A stretch of 64,000 nt of DNA from an uncultured Planctomycetia bacterium (GTDB taxonomy: Bacteria; Omnitrophota; Gorgyraeia; Tantalellales; Tantalellaceae): NCBI GenBank assembly GCA_964527765.1, contig CAZGQR010000001.1, positions 182,353-246,352 of the forward strand. Reading direction: 5' to 3'. Each line of letters starts with the position of its first letter. Positions within the stretch are counted from its first letter, which is position 1. Of the stretch, positions 38,325 through 48,502 are shown piece by piece. The translations under genes and the position numbers were made by a program. Below the pieces are notes generated by a model that saw only the letters and a program-made list of their open reading frames with translations, was not told the origin of the DNA and searched no databases.

Positions 38325-41093
38325 CTATCCTCTTGTAAGCGCCGCCTGTGCCGCGGCAAGCCTTGCTATCGGCACGCGAAACGGCGAACAGCTCACATAA
38401 TTCATTCCCGCGGCGTAGCAAAAAGCAATGGAATCCGGGTCGCCGCCGTGCTCCCCGCAGATCCCTACTTTCAGTTCCGGCCGGGTCTTCCTTCCCCGAT
38501 CTATGCCGACCTTTATAAGCTGACCTACTCCTTCCTGGTCAAGCGACTGGAACGGGTCCTGCGGAAGGATATGCTTGTTCAGGTACGGCGAAAGGAACGA
38601 TCCCATGTCATCACGCGAGAAACCATAGCTCATCTGCGTCAGATCATTGGTGCCGAACGAGAAGAAATCCGCTACCCTGGCGATCTTATCCGCCGTAAGG
38701 GCGGCGCGGGGTATTTCTATCATGGTACCGACCATGAACGGAAGTTTTTTGATATGGTACTTTGCCGTTACTTCTTTCCGCACGCGGTCGATTATCTCGC
38801 TCTGGTCGCTTATTTCCTTATCGGTACCGACAACGGGTATCATGATCTCGGGATACACTTTTTTTCTTCTCTTTATCAATTCTGCCGTGGCTTCGAGTAT
38901 GGCCCTTACCTGCATTTCGGTGATCTCCGGATAAGTCACGCCCAAACGCACGCCCCGGTGTCCCATCATGGGATTGCTCTCCTTAAGAAGCGCGATACGT
39001 TTCTCGAGATTGGACATATCGACCTTCAGGCTTTTCGCCAGTTCCTTGAGCTGTTCTTTCTGATGCGGCACGAACTCGTGCAGCGGCGGGTCCAGGAGCC
39101 TCACCGTGACCGGCAGTCCCGCCATCGCCTCGAGTGTGCCCTTGATATCGGACTTCACGTACGGATACAGCTCCCTAAGAGCTCTTTCCCTTTCTTCGAC
39201 TGAATCGGAAAGTATCATCTTGCGAAGCTTGAAAAGCGGCTTCTCCGAACCCTCGCCGTAGAACATGTGTTCCGTCCTGAAAAGACCTATGCCTTCCGCG
39301 CCGAAATCGCGGGCTCTCCTGGCGTCTTCAGGCGTATCCGCATTGGTCCTGATCTTCATCTTCCTGGCCGAATCACAGATCTTCAGAAAACTGTTAAGTA
39401 CCTTGTTCTCTTTTGTCGCGTCCATCATCGGAAGAACGCCCCTGTATACAAGCCCCTTCGTGCCGTTAAGCGTGATCCTGTCGCCTTCTTTAAGAAGCGT
39501 ATCACCGGCGATCTTAACGGTCTTTTTGCTATAATCTATATCCAGGTCTCCGCAGCCGACTATGCAGCATTTGCCCCAGCCGCGGGCGACAAGCGCCGCG
39601 TGAGACGTCATGCCGCCGCGCGCGGTAAGTATCGCCTGCGCGGCTCTCATGCCTTCGACGTCTTCGGGATTTGTCTCCTCGCGGACCAATATGACCCTCC
39701 TGCCTTTTTTCGCCCATTCCACGGAAGCGTCCGAGTCGAAGACTATCATGCCGCTCGCCGCGCCGGGTCCTGCGGGAAGACCCTTGGTCAGGGGTTTGTT
39801 CTTTTTCTCGGCCGCGGGATCGATTATCGGATGAAGAAGCTCGTCAAGCTGGGACGGTCTTACCCTCATGATCGCCTCTTTCTTGCCGATAAGTCCCTCT
39901 CTGACCATATCGACAGCCATCTTCACGGCAGCCGGCCCGTTACGTTTGCCCGTGCGCGTCTGAAGCAGGAAGAGCCTGCCGTTCTCAATGGTGAACTCGA
40001 TATCCTGCATGTCGCGATAATGTCTTTCAAGTCTCTTCTGGATACTGTCAAGCTGTTTGTACGCCTTGGGCATAAAATCTTTAAGCATGACCTCGTGTTT
40101 ATTGTGCTCACTTTGCGAGTTTTTATTTATCGGAGCGGGAGTCCTTATGCCCGCAACGACATCCTCGCCCTGCGCGTTGATCAGATACTCGCCATAGAAC
40201 CTGTTATCACCGTTGCCGGGATTACGCGTAAAGGCGACACCGGTACCGGAATGATCGCCCATATTGCCGAACACCATGGTCTGGACGTTTACCGCTGTTC
40301 CCCATTCGTCGGGAATATTCTCGATACGACGGTACGATATCGCCCTCTTGCCGTTCCATGAAGAAAAGACGGCGCCGATACCGCCCCAGAGCTGCTTATC
40401 GGCATTGTCCGGGAATTCTTTGCCAAGAACCTGTTTTACCTTTTTCTTGTACTTTTCACAGAGATCTTTGAGGTCGCCGGCATCGAGTTCAGTGTCCAGC
40501 TTAACGCCCCTTTCGCGTTTCTTCGCCTCCAGCAATCTCTCAAGCTGCTGGCGCACGCCTTTACCTTCTTTTGTTTCTATCCCGGCGGCTTTTTCCATCA
40601 CAACGTCCGAATACATCGTTATAAGCCGCCTGTACGCATCGTATGCAAGCCTTTCATTGCCGGTCTGCCTGATAATACCGGGGATGGTCCTGGTTGTCAG
40701 GCCTATATTAAGCACCGTCTCCATCATTCCCGGCATGGACTGGCGCGCGCCGGATCGTACGGAGACAAGAAGCGGATTTTTCGGATCCCCGAAGTTCTTA
40801 TGCATGATCTTCTCGACCTTTTTCAGGGCCGAGGCGACCTCTCTCTCAAGCCCTGCCGGGTACTTGCCTTTGCTCTTGTAATAATACGTGCATACATCCG
40901 TGGTTATGGTAAACCCGGGGGGCACGGGGATCCTCAGTGCCGGATGCCCCGCCATCTCTGCAAGGTTGGCGCCCTTGCCGCCCAGCAAGTTCTTCATACT
41001 GCTGTCGCCGTCGGCTTTTCCTCCGCCGAAAAAATACACATTTTTCTTCGCCTTCCCCCTCGCTGTCTTCTTCCTGCTGCTTTTTTTGATCAT
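38325..41093 (-). CDS. ppdK: pyruvate, phosphate dikinase
   Basis: 922 aa. ATP-grasp N-terminus. Phosphohistidine domain GGMTSHAALVARGWG. PEP-utilising C-terminal TIM barrel. Confidence 0.9.
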   Translation of the reverse strand: MIKKSSRKKTARGKAKKNVYFFGGGKADGDSSMKNLLGGKGANLAEMAGHPALRIPVPPGFTITTDVCTYYYKSKGKYPAGLEREVASALKKVEKIMHKNFGDPKNPLLVSVRSGARQSMPGMMETVLNIGLTTRTIPGIIRQTGNERLAYDAYRRLITMYSDVVMEKAAGIETKEGKGVRQQLERLLEAKKRERGVKLDTELDAGDLKDLCEKYKKKVKQVLGKEFPDNADKQLWGGIGAVFSSWNGKRAISYRRIENIPDEWGTAVNVQTMVFGNMGDHSGTGVAFTRNPGNGDNRFYGEYLINAQGEDVVAGIRTPAPINKNSQSEHNKHEVMLKDFMPKAYKQLDSIQKRLERHYRDMQDIEFTIENGRLFLLQTRTGKRNGPAAVKMAVDMVREGLIGKKEAIMRVRPSQLDELLHPIIDPAAEKKNKPLTKGLPAGPGAASGMIVFDSDASVEWAKKGRRVILVREETNPEDVEGMRAAQAILTARGGMTSHAALVARGWGKCCIVGCGDLDIDYSKKTVKIAGDTLLKEGDRITLNGTKGLVYRGVLPMMDATKENKVLNSFLKICDSARKMKIRTNADTPEDARRARDFGAEGIGLFRTEHMFYGEGSEKPLFKLRKMILSDSVEERERALRELYPYVKSDIKGTLEAMAGLPVTVRLLDPPLHEFVPHQKEQLKELAKSLKVDMSNLEKRIALLKESNPMMGHRGVRLGVTYPEITEMQVRAILEATAELIKRRKKVYPEIMIPVVGTDKEISDQSEIIDRVRKEVTAKYHIKKLPFMVGTMIEIPRAALTADKIARVADFFSFGTNDLTQMSYGFSRDDMGSFLSPYLNKHILPQDPFQSLDQEGVGQLIKVGIDRGRKTRPELKVGICGEHGGDPDSIAFCYAAGMNYVSCSPFRVPIARLAAAQAALTRG

Positions 41094-41114
41094 CTCGTCC
41101 TCTTCCTCCTTTTT

Positions 41115-42434
41115 TTACAGTCCCAGTTTCTCCTCCATGAACTCCTTGAGCTTAGAAACCTCTACCCTGTCCTGTTCCATGGTATCCCTTTCTCTGACCG
41201 TGACTTTGCCGTCGCTCAGAGAATCCACGTCCACGGTGATACAATAAGGCGTTCCGATCTCATCCTGCCTGCGATAAAGCCTCCCGATGGCAGCCGTGTC
41301 GTCATAAACGGCCCGGTAATTTCCGCTGATATCTTTTCGTATCTTGTGCGCCATCTCCACTATCTCGGGCCTGTTCTTGAGAAGCGGAAGGACCGCCACC
41401 TTGATCGGAGCGATACGCCTGTCGAATGAAAGATAGACCCGTTTTCTTTCCCTTACGGTCTCGGACCTGTATGCGTCAACAAGAAACGCCAGGACCGTTC
41501 TGTCTATTCCTCCCGAGGGTTCTATGACATACGGGACATAACGTTCGGATGTGGTATCATCAAAATATTGAAGGTCCTTACCGCTGATCTTTGAGTGCTG
41601 TTTGAGGTCGAAATCCTTCCTGTTGGCAATGCCTTCCAGTTCCGACCACCCCATCGGGAAAAGATATTCTATATCATGGCATCTTTTAGCGTAATGTGCC
41701 AGTTCTTCCTTTTTGTGTTCGCGCAGTCTCAGGTTTTCCCTTTTTATGCCCAGCGAGACATACCAGTTCATGCGCTCGTCCAGCCAGTACTCATACCACT
41801 TTTCATCTTCGCCGGGCTTGACAAAATACTCAAGTTCCATCTGCTCGAACTCCCGGCTCCTGAAGGTAAAATTGCCGGTGGTTATCTCGTTGCGGAAGGC
41901 TTTACCTATCTGGGCAACGCCGAACGGAAGCTTGCGCCGGCTGGAATTGATTATGTTTTCAAAGTTCACGAATATTCCCTGGGCCGTTTCCGGCCGCAGA
42001 TAGACGTCCTGAGCCTGCCCTTCCACGGATCCCACCTGCGTCTTGAACATGAGGTTGAAACTTTTCGGTTCGGTAAGCGCTCCACCGCATTCCGGGCATT
42101 TATTTTCCTTAAGCTGGTCGATCCGGAATCTTTTTTTACATTCCCTGCAGTCGACCAGCATGTCCGCAAAAGACGTGACATGTCCCGATGCCTTCCATGT
42201 CTCGGGATTCATGAGTATGGCGGCATCCAGCCCCTCGACGTCGTTGCGGTCATATACCATGGACTTCCACCACCGGTCTTTCACGTTCTTCTTGAGTTCA
42301 GCGCCGAGCGGACCGTAATCCCACACGCTGCCTATGCCGCCGTATATCTCGCTGTCCTGGAATACGAACCCGCGTCTCTTGCAAAGATTCGCTATCTCTT
42401 TCAGTGTCACACCGGTATTCCTGTCCTCAGCCAT
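41115..42434 (-). CDS. glyQS: glycine--tRNA ligase (dimeric class II type)
   Basis: 439 aa. Class II motifs and GlyRS-specific N-terminus RGFVFQDSEIYGG. Confidence 0.9.
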   Translation of the reverse strand: MAEDRNTGVTLKEIANLCKRRGFVFQDSEIYGGIGSVWDYGPLGAELKKNVKDRWWKSMVYDRNDVEGLDAAILMNPETWKASGHVTSFADMLVDCRECKKRFRIDQLKENKCPECGGALTEPKSFNLMFKTQVGSVEGQAQDVYLRPETAQGIFVNFENIINSSRRKLPFGVAQIGKAFRNEITTGNFTFRSREFEQMELEYFVKPGEDEKWYEYWLDERMNWYVSLGIKRENLRLREHKKEELAHYAKRCHDIEYLFPMGWSELEGIANRKDFDLKQHSKISGKDLQYFDDTTSERYVPYVIEPSGGIDRTVLAFLVDAYRSETVRERKRVYLSFDRRIAPIKVAVLPLLKNRPEIVEMAHKIRKDISGNYRAVYDDTAAIGRLYRRQDEIGTPYCITVDVDSLSDGKVTVRERDTMEQDRVEVSKLKEFMEEKLGL

Positions 42435-42436
42435 GT

Positions 42437-43201
42437 TTATGCTATCCCTACTTTTTGAAGTTCTTCTAAAAATTTAAGCGACCTCACCGGCCTGTTTATG
42501 TAATACTGCAGAAATCTTTTCAGGGCCTCCTCCGTCTCCCTGCCGACTTCCTTGCTGACCTTGATCCGGGCGGTCTTGGCCATATCGCTCAGCTGTATCT
42601 TGTGCATGAATTTTACCGTCCCCGGCGACAGGCGCAGACACGCGTCGTCCTTTTTGCCGCAACCGGCGCACAGCATGCCGCCGCTCTTTACGCTGAAGCA
42701 GCCTTTCCCCTCGACAGCCGCGCCGCACCTGACACATTCATCCAGCCGTGGAGCGAGACCCAGTGTTTCCAAAAGTTTCAGTTCAAAGATCCTCGAAACA
42801 CGTTTTGCGCTGGCACCCGAACTCAGCATCCGGAGGCTTTCCAGCAGAACATGGTAAAGCCCCTTGTTCACATCGTAATCCCTGGTAACTATGTTTACTA
42901 ATTCTATAAAATAATTGGCGTATGTCAACCTTTCAATATCTTTTCTTACCGGAAGGAAAAAATCCAGCGCTTCGCATTGGGTGATCAGGTCCATAAGTTT
43001 CTTCTTTTTTCTGTAAAAGAGCAATTGACACCGCGTGAAGATCTCAAAATTCCCCCCGAACTGGGGATAGGGGTCCCTCACCCCCTTCATGACCCCTCTT
43101 ATCTTGCCGAATTCCTTCGTGAACACGACCAGAACATAACTGGTCTCCCTCAGGTAATACTTCCTGAGTATGATTCCTTCCGCACTCTGCGCCGCTGCCA
43201 T
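42437..43201 (-). CDS. recO: DNA repair protein RecO
   Basis: 254 aa. OB N-terminus and C-terminal zinc motif CVRCG...CAGCG. Confidence 0.8.
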   Translation of the reverse strand: MAAAQSAEGIILRKYYLRETSYVLVVFTKEFGKIRGVMKGVRDPYPQFGGNFEIFTRCQLLFYRKKKKLMDLITQCEALDFFLPVRKDIERLTYANYFIELVNIVTRDYDVNKGLYHVLLESLRMLSSGASAKRVSRIFELKLLETLGLAPRLDECVRCGAAVEGKGCFSVKSGGMLCAGCGKKDDACLRLSPGTVKFMHKIQLSDMAKTARIKVSKEVGRETEEALKRFLQYYINRPVRSLKFLEELQKVGIA

Positions 43202-43204
43202 GGC

Positions 43205-43864
43205 TTAACCTGTCCCGCCAGCTTCTTCTTCCGCTGCTATCTGGTACGACGGGGATACCGAACCTCCGGAAATGTGAAGTTTCATGCCGTCTTCCACGCT
43301 CATTTTCAAAAAACGAATATTTTCTTTCGGCACGACCAGAAAAATACCGCTTGTGGGGTTCGGCGTCGTCGGGATGAACACGTTGACGCCGCTTCCGCCT
43401 ATGAACTCCCTTATCTCGCCTTTCGTGGTGCCGGTCGTGAACCCTATGGAATACAAGCCCTTCCGCGGATATTCCACAAGAACGACCTGCTTGAATATCG
43501 TCTTGCCCTGCCCCAGGAACGCCGAGAATATCTGCTTCGCGGCGTTGTATATCCTCCCCATTACCGGGACCTTGAGCAAGAGGTTCTCCCCCAGGGAAAA
43601 CATCCGGTTGATGAACCATATTTTCGCCCCCCACCCGATGACAGCTATTGTGACTATAACGATAAAGAAGATCAGTGCCTTGGCTATGTAAATATGCTGG
43701 GTTTCCCATGATACCGGCGCAAAAAACCTGGCTATGGGATTCAATACTATATTGTTGAGCTGCACCACGAGAAACCTGATGAGCGCTGCCGTAACAGCCA
43801 CCGGCAATAACAACACGACACCGTTGACAAAATTCACGAAAAATCTGTTCCATAATTTTCTCAT
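43205..43864 (-). CDS. DUF502-family membrane protein
   Basis: 219 aa. Two N-terminal TM helices and conserved PTTPNPTSG motif. Confidence 0.6.
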   Translation of the reverse strand: MRKLWNRFFVNFVNGVVLLLPVAVTAALIRFLVVQLNNIVLNPIARFFAPVSWETQHIYIAKALIFFIVIVTIAVIGWGAKIWFINRMFSLGENLLLKVPVMGRIYNAAKQIFSAFLGQGKTIFKQVVLVEYPRKGLYSIGFTTGTTKGEIREFIGGSGVNVFIPTTPNPTSGIFLVVPKENIRFLKMSVEDGMKLHISGGSVSPSYQIAAEEEAGGTG

Positions 43865-43885
43865 GATTCTTCCTCCAGCAAAACG

Positions 43886-44611
43886 TCACGACAACAATTG
43901 AAACACAAGCAAAGCTGTCAGCGCTCCAAGAACGCTGCCCGCGATGACCTGCCACAGCGTATGGATCTTGCCCGCCATGCGGCTTTTAGCGATAAGCACG
44001 GCCAGGAAAAATACCAGGAGGCTCACCAGGGCGTTTTCGGTAATAAGCGAAACTGCTGCCCAGATCGCGAATGCAACAGCGGCATGGCCGCTGGGCATAC
44101 CGCCTCTCAGAAGAGACCCTTCCCTCCGCGCCACCTTTATAAAGAGTACCAGTCCGATAGCTATCAGAAGCGCTATCAATGTCACGTGCCAGGGGGATTG
44201 TTTGATCTTAAGGAACGCTCCGTCAAAAGGCCATCCTATGCGCTTGAACACCAGTATGTACCCCACAATGGCCGCGTTGACCGCCGCGACAAAGACCGCG
44301 CCTGCCGCGATGTCCTTGATGATCTTGAACAGCGGATGATACTGATCGCTGACAAAATCTATTGCGTGCTCGACGGCCGTATTGAACATCTCAGCGACAA
44401 GAACGAATGTAACTGCAAAACATAGCAACAGGAATTCCACCGCGCTCAAATTGAAATATACGCCCGCGATAAGGACCAGGAATCCCATCAGGAAATGCAA
44501 CCGCATGTTCCTCTCTGACTTGAGCGTGTGGACGATCCCTTCAAGAGCGGCGTTCACGCTGTAGATAAATCCCTTGCTATAGGAACTTCCTGATTTTTTG
44601 TAAGAGTTCAT
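43886..44611 (-). CDS. diacylglycerol kinase (DgkA) fused to PAP2-family phosphatase
   Basis: 241 aa. N-terminal half has DgkA motifs (NTAVEHAIDF). C-terminal half has the PAP2 PSGH motif. Confidence 0.6.
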   Translation of the reverse strand: MNSYKKSGSSYSKGFIYSVNAALEGIVHTLKSERNMRLHFLMGFLVLIAGVYFNLSAVEFLLLCFAVTFVLVAEMFNTAVEHAIDFVSDQYHPLFKIIKDIAAGAVFVAAVNAAIVGYILVFKRIGWPFDGAFLKIKQSPWHVTLIALLIAIGLVLFIKVARREGSLLRGGMPSGHAAVAFAIWAAVSLITENALVSLLVFFLAVLIAKSRMAGKIHTLWQVIAGSVLGALTALLVFQLLS

Positions 44612-45002
44612 TCTCTTTTTCCCGCATTATTTTCCGGCTTTTCCCCGTGGTGTCCTTGTACCCTGCAAGATGCAGTATACCGTGTATCAGGCAAAGAGCT
44701 ATTTCCTCGCCAAACGTCACACCGTAGATCCCGGCATTCTGCGCCGCCCTATCAGAGGATATGGCTATATCCCCCAGGAACTTGTCCTCTCCGGACGCAA
44801 ACGCTATCACATCCGTTGCCGCATCCACGCCGAGATAGGCGCGGTTAAGCGCGCGGATCTTCTGGTTGCTGAAAAATACTATGTCCAGCTCGACACCGTC
44901 TTTTCCGAGCATCTTCAGGACTGTTTTCGCGACTTTTTCAGTTTTTGAAAGATCAATCCTTCTTTTTCTGTTTCGGTTTTCGCTGTTTATTTTTATTGTC
45001 AT
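44577..45002 (-). CDS. ybeY: rRNA maturation endoribonuclease YbeY
   Basis: 141 aa. HGILHLAGYKD zinc-binding motif. Confidence 0.85.
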   Translation of the reverse strand: MTIKINSENRNRKRRIDLSKTEKVAKTVLKMLGKDGVELDIVFFSNQKIRALNRAYLGVDAATDVIAFASGEDKFLGDIAISSDRAAQNAGIYGVTFGEEIALCLIHGILHLAGYKDTTGKSRKIMREKENELLQKIRKFL

Positions 45003-47214
45003 TCGGCAACGTTTCGCTCTTGGACGGTTTCCTCGATTCCTCCGGGTAGTCCAGCCGGGTATGGAAGATCCCCATGAGCACCCTTATAAAACTCTCAGCG
45101 ATCTTATGCATGTCTTTCAGCGTAAGGTCGCATGCATCGAGCTGGGCGTCGATAAACTTATTGTTAATGATCTTCCTTACCAGGTTCTTGATGCTGGACG
45201 GCGTCGGGTCGTCAAGGGTGCGGCTCGCAGCTTCTACCGCATCGGCCAGAAGGATGATCGCGCTCTCCTTGGTCTGGGGCTTCGGACCCGGGTAACGAAA
45301 ATTCTCCTCCCGCAGCACCGTCCCTTCTTCGGACTTTTCGATCGCTTTCTGATAGAAATAAGATATGAGACTGTCCCCGTGATGCTGGTTGATGAAATCG
45401 ATTATCTTGCTGTTCAGCTTATATTTTTTTGCCAGCTCCGCGCCTTCCTTCACGTGTTTGCTTATTATGAGAGCGCTCATCGAAGGCGCCAGTTTTGAAT
45501 GCCTGGATCCGGCGCCCATCTCGTTCTCGCTGAAATATTCGGCCTTGCCCATCTTGCCTATATCGTGGTAATACGCCCCGACCCTTGCAAGCAGGCTGTT
45601 CGCGCCTATCGCGTCACAGGCCGCCTCCGCCAGGTTACCTACCATGATGCTGTGATAATATGTCCCCGGGGCTTCCAGGGCCAGTTTCTTCAAAAGCGGA
45701 TGATTAAGGTCCGAAAGTTCCAGAAGGCTGATGTCCGTGGGGACCTTGAAAAGGTGCTCAAAAAGGGGCAGAAGCCCCATCACGATAAAACCGGAAAAGA
45801 GTCCGCTGGCTATCCCCCAAACGCCGTCCTTGATGTAAAAATCCATATCCATGCTGTTGATGAGCCCCACACAGGCGATCGCCAGGAATTTGGCCAGACC
45901 GACCAGGAGGCCTGCCCATAATATCTTCGCGCGGCGTCTTACGTCTTTCACGGCGAACATCCCGACCACGCTTCCCACCATCAGCACCAGCGCGACCTCT
46001 ATGCCGCCTCCCACGAGCAGGGATATCAGGATGCTCATCAGCACAACGCTCAGGAACGCCACGTTAAAACTCACCAGAAGCGTGATTATCATGCCCATGC
46101 CCGCCATGGGAATAAAATAACTGGGCTGCGGGGAACGCATGACGAAATCCGCAAGAATGATCGTAAAAAGCATACTCAAGAGAACGATCGCCACGCTCTT
46201 CGTGTCCCGCAGGAAATGCGCTTTCTGGGTAAAAGACGTATGAATGACCGCGATGAGGCTCAGCAGGAGGAACAAAAGCAGTACCCCGAGAAAAAATGTC
46301 GGCGTCATGCCCGGCCGGAAGACCCGCCTGATCTGGGATATCTGTGCTATGTGGCGCGCATTGACCCTTTTACCTTTTTCTACGATGAGTTCATTTTTCT
46401 CGACTGTCCAGCTGTGGTACACCGGTTTGACCTTCTTGGTCGTCTCTTCTTTTTTCGTTTCCGTCCTTTTTTCATCCGGTTTCAGGTTAGGCAGGATATA
46501 TCCGGAGATAAGCGCAACTGCCGCCTGTTTTATGTTACGGTCGCCCGCCAACTGCTTCGCAACATAATCCCCTATTGCGCCGTTGAGTTCCTGTTTTTCC
46601 AGGAGACCTTTCGGGAGCCGTTCTATCTCGGTGCCTGTTCTTTCGTTAAAAATAGCTACCCTGCGCGCGCCGCTTTTCTTTAAATAGTCCAGGTCTTCCT
46701 TGCTGATATAACCTATCAGAAAAACATTCTCAAGTATATTCAACACTTTTTCCTTCAGGCGCTTCGGGTTCGGATATTCCAGAAGAGATTTGATGTTCCT
46801 GTCCGAAAGCCTTTCGCCTGTTCTGGCTTTCATGTTAACGACTTTATCGTCTATCGGAATATCCTGTTCCTTTTCTGCATCAAGAGCTGTAAAGAAGTTC
46901 CCGATCTCGGATCTCACTTTTTCCTCGACGGCAAGATCGCGCCGTAATACCGGCATCACGGATGCCGCGGCGGCTTCCTTTGCTTTCTGGGTACCTTCCT
47001 CGTCGACCCCCCAGAAATAGGTAAAATCATAAGGAGCGTATACGTCCTTGAGCGCTATATCGCCCTCGTGTATGCTTCCCCGGTACCAGCGCGGGCTGAG
47101 AAATATGCTGAAAAAGGCCGCTGCAAGGAATACCACGATCAGCAGGATGGAAATCGTTTCCCTGCTGAGCAGCTTATCCGATATTCTCTTAAATAACTGC
47201 GCTCTGTTCATCAT
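44953..47214 (-). CDS. 7TM receptor with intracellular HD hydrolase (7TMR-HDED / PgpH-like)
   Basis: 753 aa. Periplasmic N-domain, 7 TM helices, C-terminal HD domain YYHSIMVGN...HDIGKM. Confidence 0.8.
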   Translation of the reverse strand: MMNRAQLFKRISDKLLSRETISILLIVVFLAAAFFSIFLSPRWYRGSIHEGDIALKDVYAPYDFTYFWGVDEEGTQKAKEAAAASVMPVLRRDLAVEEKVRSEIGNFFTALDAEKEQDIPIDDKVVNMKARTGERLSDRNIKSLLEYPNPKRLKEKVLNILENVFLIGYISKEDLDYLKKSGARRVAIFNERTGTEIERLPKGLLEKQELNGAIGDYVAKQLAGDRNIKQAAVALISGYILPNLKPDEKRTETKKEETTKKVKPVYHSWTVEKNELIVEKGKRVNARHIAQISQIRRVFRPGMTPTFFLGVLLLFLLLSLIAVIHTSFTQKAHFLRDTKSVAIVLLSMLFTIILADFVMRSPQPSYFIPMAGMGMIITLLVSFNVAFLSVVLMSILISLLVGGGIEVALVLMVGSVVGMFAVKDVRRRAKILWAGLLVGLAKFLAIACVGLINSMDMDFYIKDGVWGIASGLFSGFIVMGLLPLFEHLFKVPTDISLLELSDLNHPLLKKLALEAPGTYYHSIMVGNLAEAACDAIGANSLLARVGAYYHDIGKMGKAEYFSENEMGAGSRHSKLAPSMSALIISKHVKEGAELAKKYKLNSKIIDFINQHHGDSLISYFYQKAIEKSEEGTVLREENFRYPGPKPQTKESAIILLADAVEAASRTLDDPTPSSIKNLVRKIINNKFIDAQLDACDLTLKDMHKIAESFIRVLMGIFHTRLDYPEESRKPSKSETLPNDNKNKQRKPKQKKKD

Positions 47215-48164
47215 TTGATCTCGGCTTCCTCTTTATAGACTTTTATTATTTTCTTGACGAGTTCATGCCTGACGACGTCCTGCCCCTTGAGAATGACGAA
47301 TTTTATGCCGTCGATCTTCGAGAGAAGGTCCTTGGCATGGATAAGTCCCGGCTTTTTATCTTTCGGGAGATCGCTCTGCGTGATATCGCCGGTTATGACC
47401 GTTTTGGAATCGAACCCCAGGCGCGTCAGGAACATCTTCATCTGCTCCTGGGTCGAATTCTGCGCCTCGTCCATTATTATGAACGAATCGTTAAGCGTTC
47501 TCCCTCTCATGAAAGCCAGGGGGGCCACTTCTATTATGCCCCTATCAAGATAATCCTTGATCATGTGCGGTTCCACCATATCATAAAGAGCATCGTACAG
47601 GGGGCGCAAGTACGGGTTGACCTTCTCATACATATCCCCGGGGAGATACCCCAGGCTCTCGCCCGCTTCGACAGCCGGCCTGGTAAGTATTATCCGCGAG
47701 ACGAGATTTTTTCTAAGCGCGTTGACCGCCATGGCCATTGCCAGATAGGTCTTCCCCGTCCCCGCGGGCCCGATACCGAAGACCACATCGTATTTTCGGA
47801 TGGCGTCGATATAATGTTTCTGCCCCTCGCTCCTCGGCGTGATATAAACCCGCTTGGAGCTCACTTCTATCTTGTCCAGAAAAATATCATCGAGGTGCAT
47901 GGAGATCCCGGTGTTCCTTATCGCGTAATCTATGTCCTCGGGCAATAAATGCCCTCCTTTTCTTATTACGATAAGAAATTCGTTTATGATCCTTTCAGAG
48001 TCCTTGAGAGACGATTCGTCGTCCGACCTTATTTTAAGATCGCCGTTACGGAACGCCGTAGCAACACCGAGTTCTTTCTCTATCTTTTTCAGGTTTTCGT
48101 CATGCTTCCCGAAAAGGATCCTTGCTTCGGAGTCGCTGTTTATCTTGATCGTGATCTCCGCCAT
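47211..48164 (-). CDS. phoH: PhoH-family ATPase (YbeZ-like)
   Basis: 317 aa. Walker A GPAGTGKT, DEAQN. Classic phoH-(7TM-HD)-ybeY gene order. Confidence 0.85.
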   Translation of the reverse strand: MAEITIKINSDSEARILFGKHDENLKKIEKELGVATAFRNGDLKIRSDDESSLKDSERIINEFLIVIRKGGHLLPEDIDYAIRNTGISMHLDDIFLDKIEVSSKRVYITPRSEGQKHYIDAIRKYDVVFGIGPAGTGKTYLAMAMAVNALRKNLVSRIILTRPAVEAGESLGYLPGDMYEKVNPYLRPLYDALYDMVEPHMIKDYLDRGIIEVAPLAFMRGRTLNDSFIIMDEAQNSTQEQMKMFLTRLGFDSKTVITGDITQSDLPKDKKPGLIHAKDLLSKIDGIKFVILKGQDVVRHELVKKIIKVYKEEAEIK

Positions 48165-48500
48165 CTATTTTACCCATTCCTCCTTGCCTCTCGCTTTTTC
48201 TTTTGCAGCAGGTTTTGTTTCTTTTTTCGGCCGTTCTTCCGCTTCTGTTTCTTCTTCGGCTTTCCCGCCGATAAGCCCCGAAGGCAGTTCTATGTCCACG
48301 CCGATAAGCGTCCTTTTGGAGCTTCTTTTCTTTTCGGGCATATCTGCCGGTTTTCCCGAAATGTACCCCTGATTGCCCTCGAGTTCCTGATCGACCCTGT
48401 CTTTTTTAAAAGTGTATATATCTATCGCATCGGCCGCGGATCCGGCCACGAGCACCGTCACAAATCCCGCAACGATCAACATTCCTGATACCTTTCGCAT
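48165..48500 (-). CDS. secreted hypothetical protein with acidic/lysine-rich tail
   Basis: 111 aa. Signal peptide. Confidence 0.35.
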   Translation of the reverse strand: MRKVSGMLIVAGFVTVLVAGSAADAIDIYTFKKDRVDQELEGNQGYISGKPADMPEKKRSSKRTLIGVDIELPSGLIGGKAEEETEAEERPKKETKPAAKEKARGKEEWVK

Positions 48501-48502
48501 CT

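Noticed and set aside
37782-39203. 473-aa plus-strand ORF
   Set aside because: Antisense to the sigma factor and ppdK genes. No domain signal. Typical long shadow ORF in a GC-balanced region.
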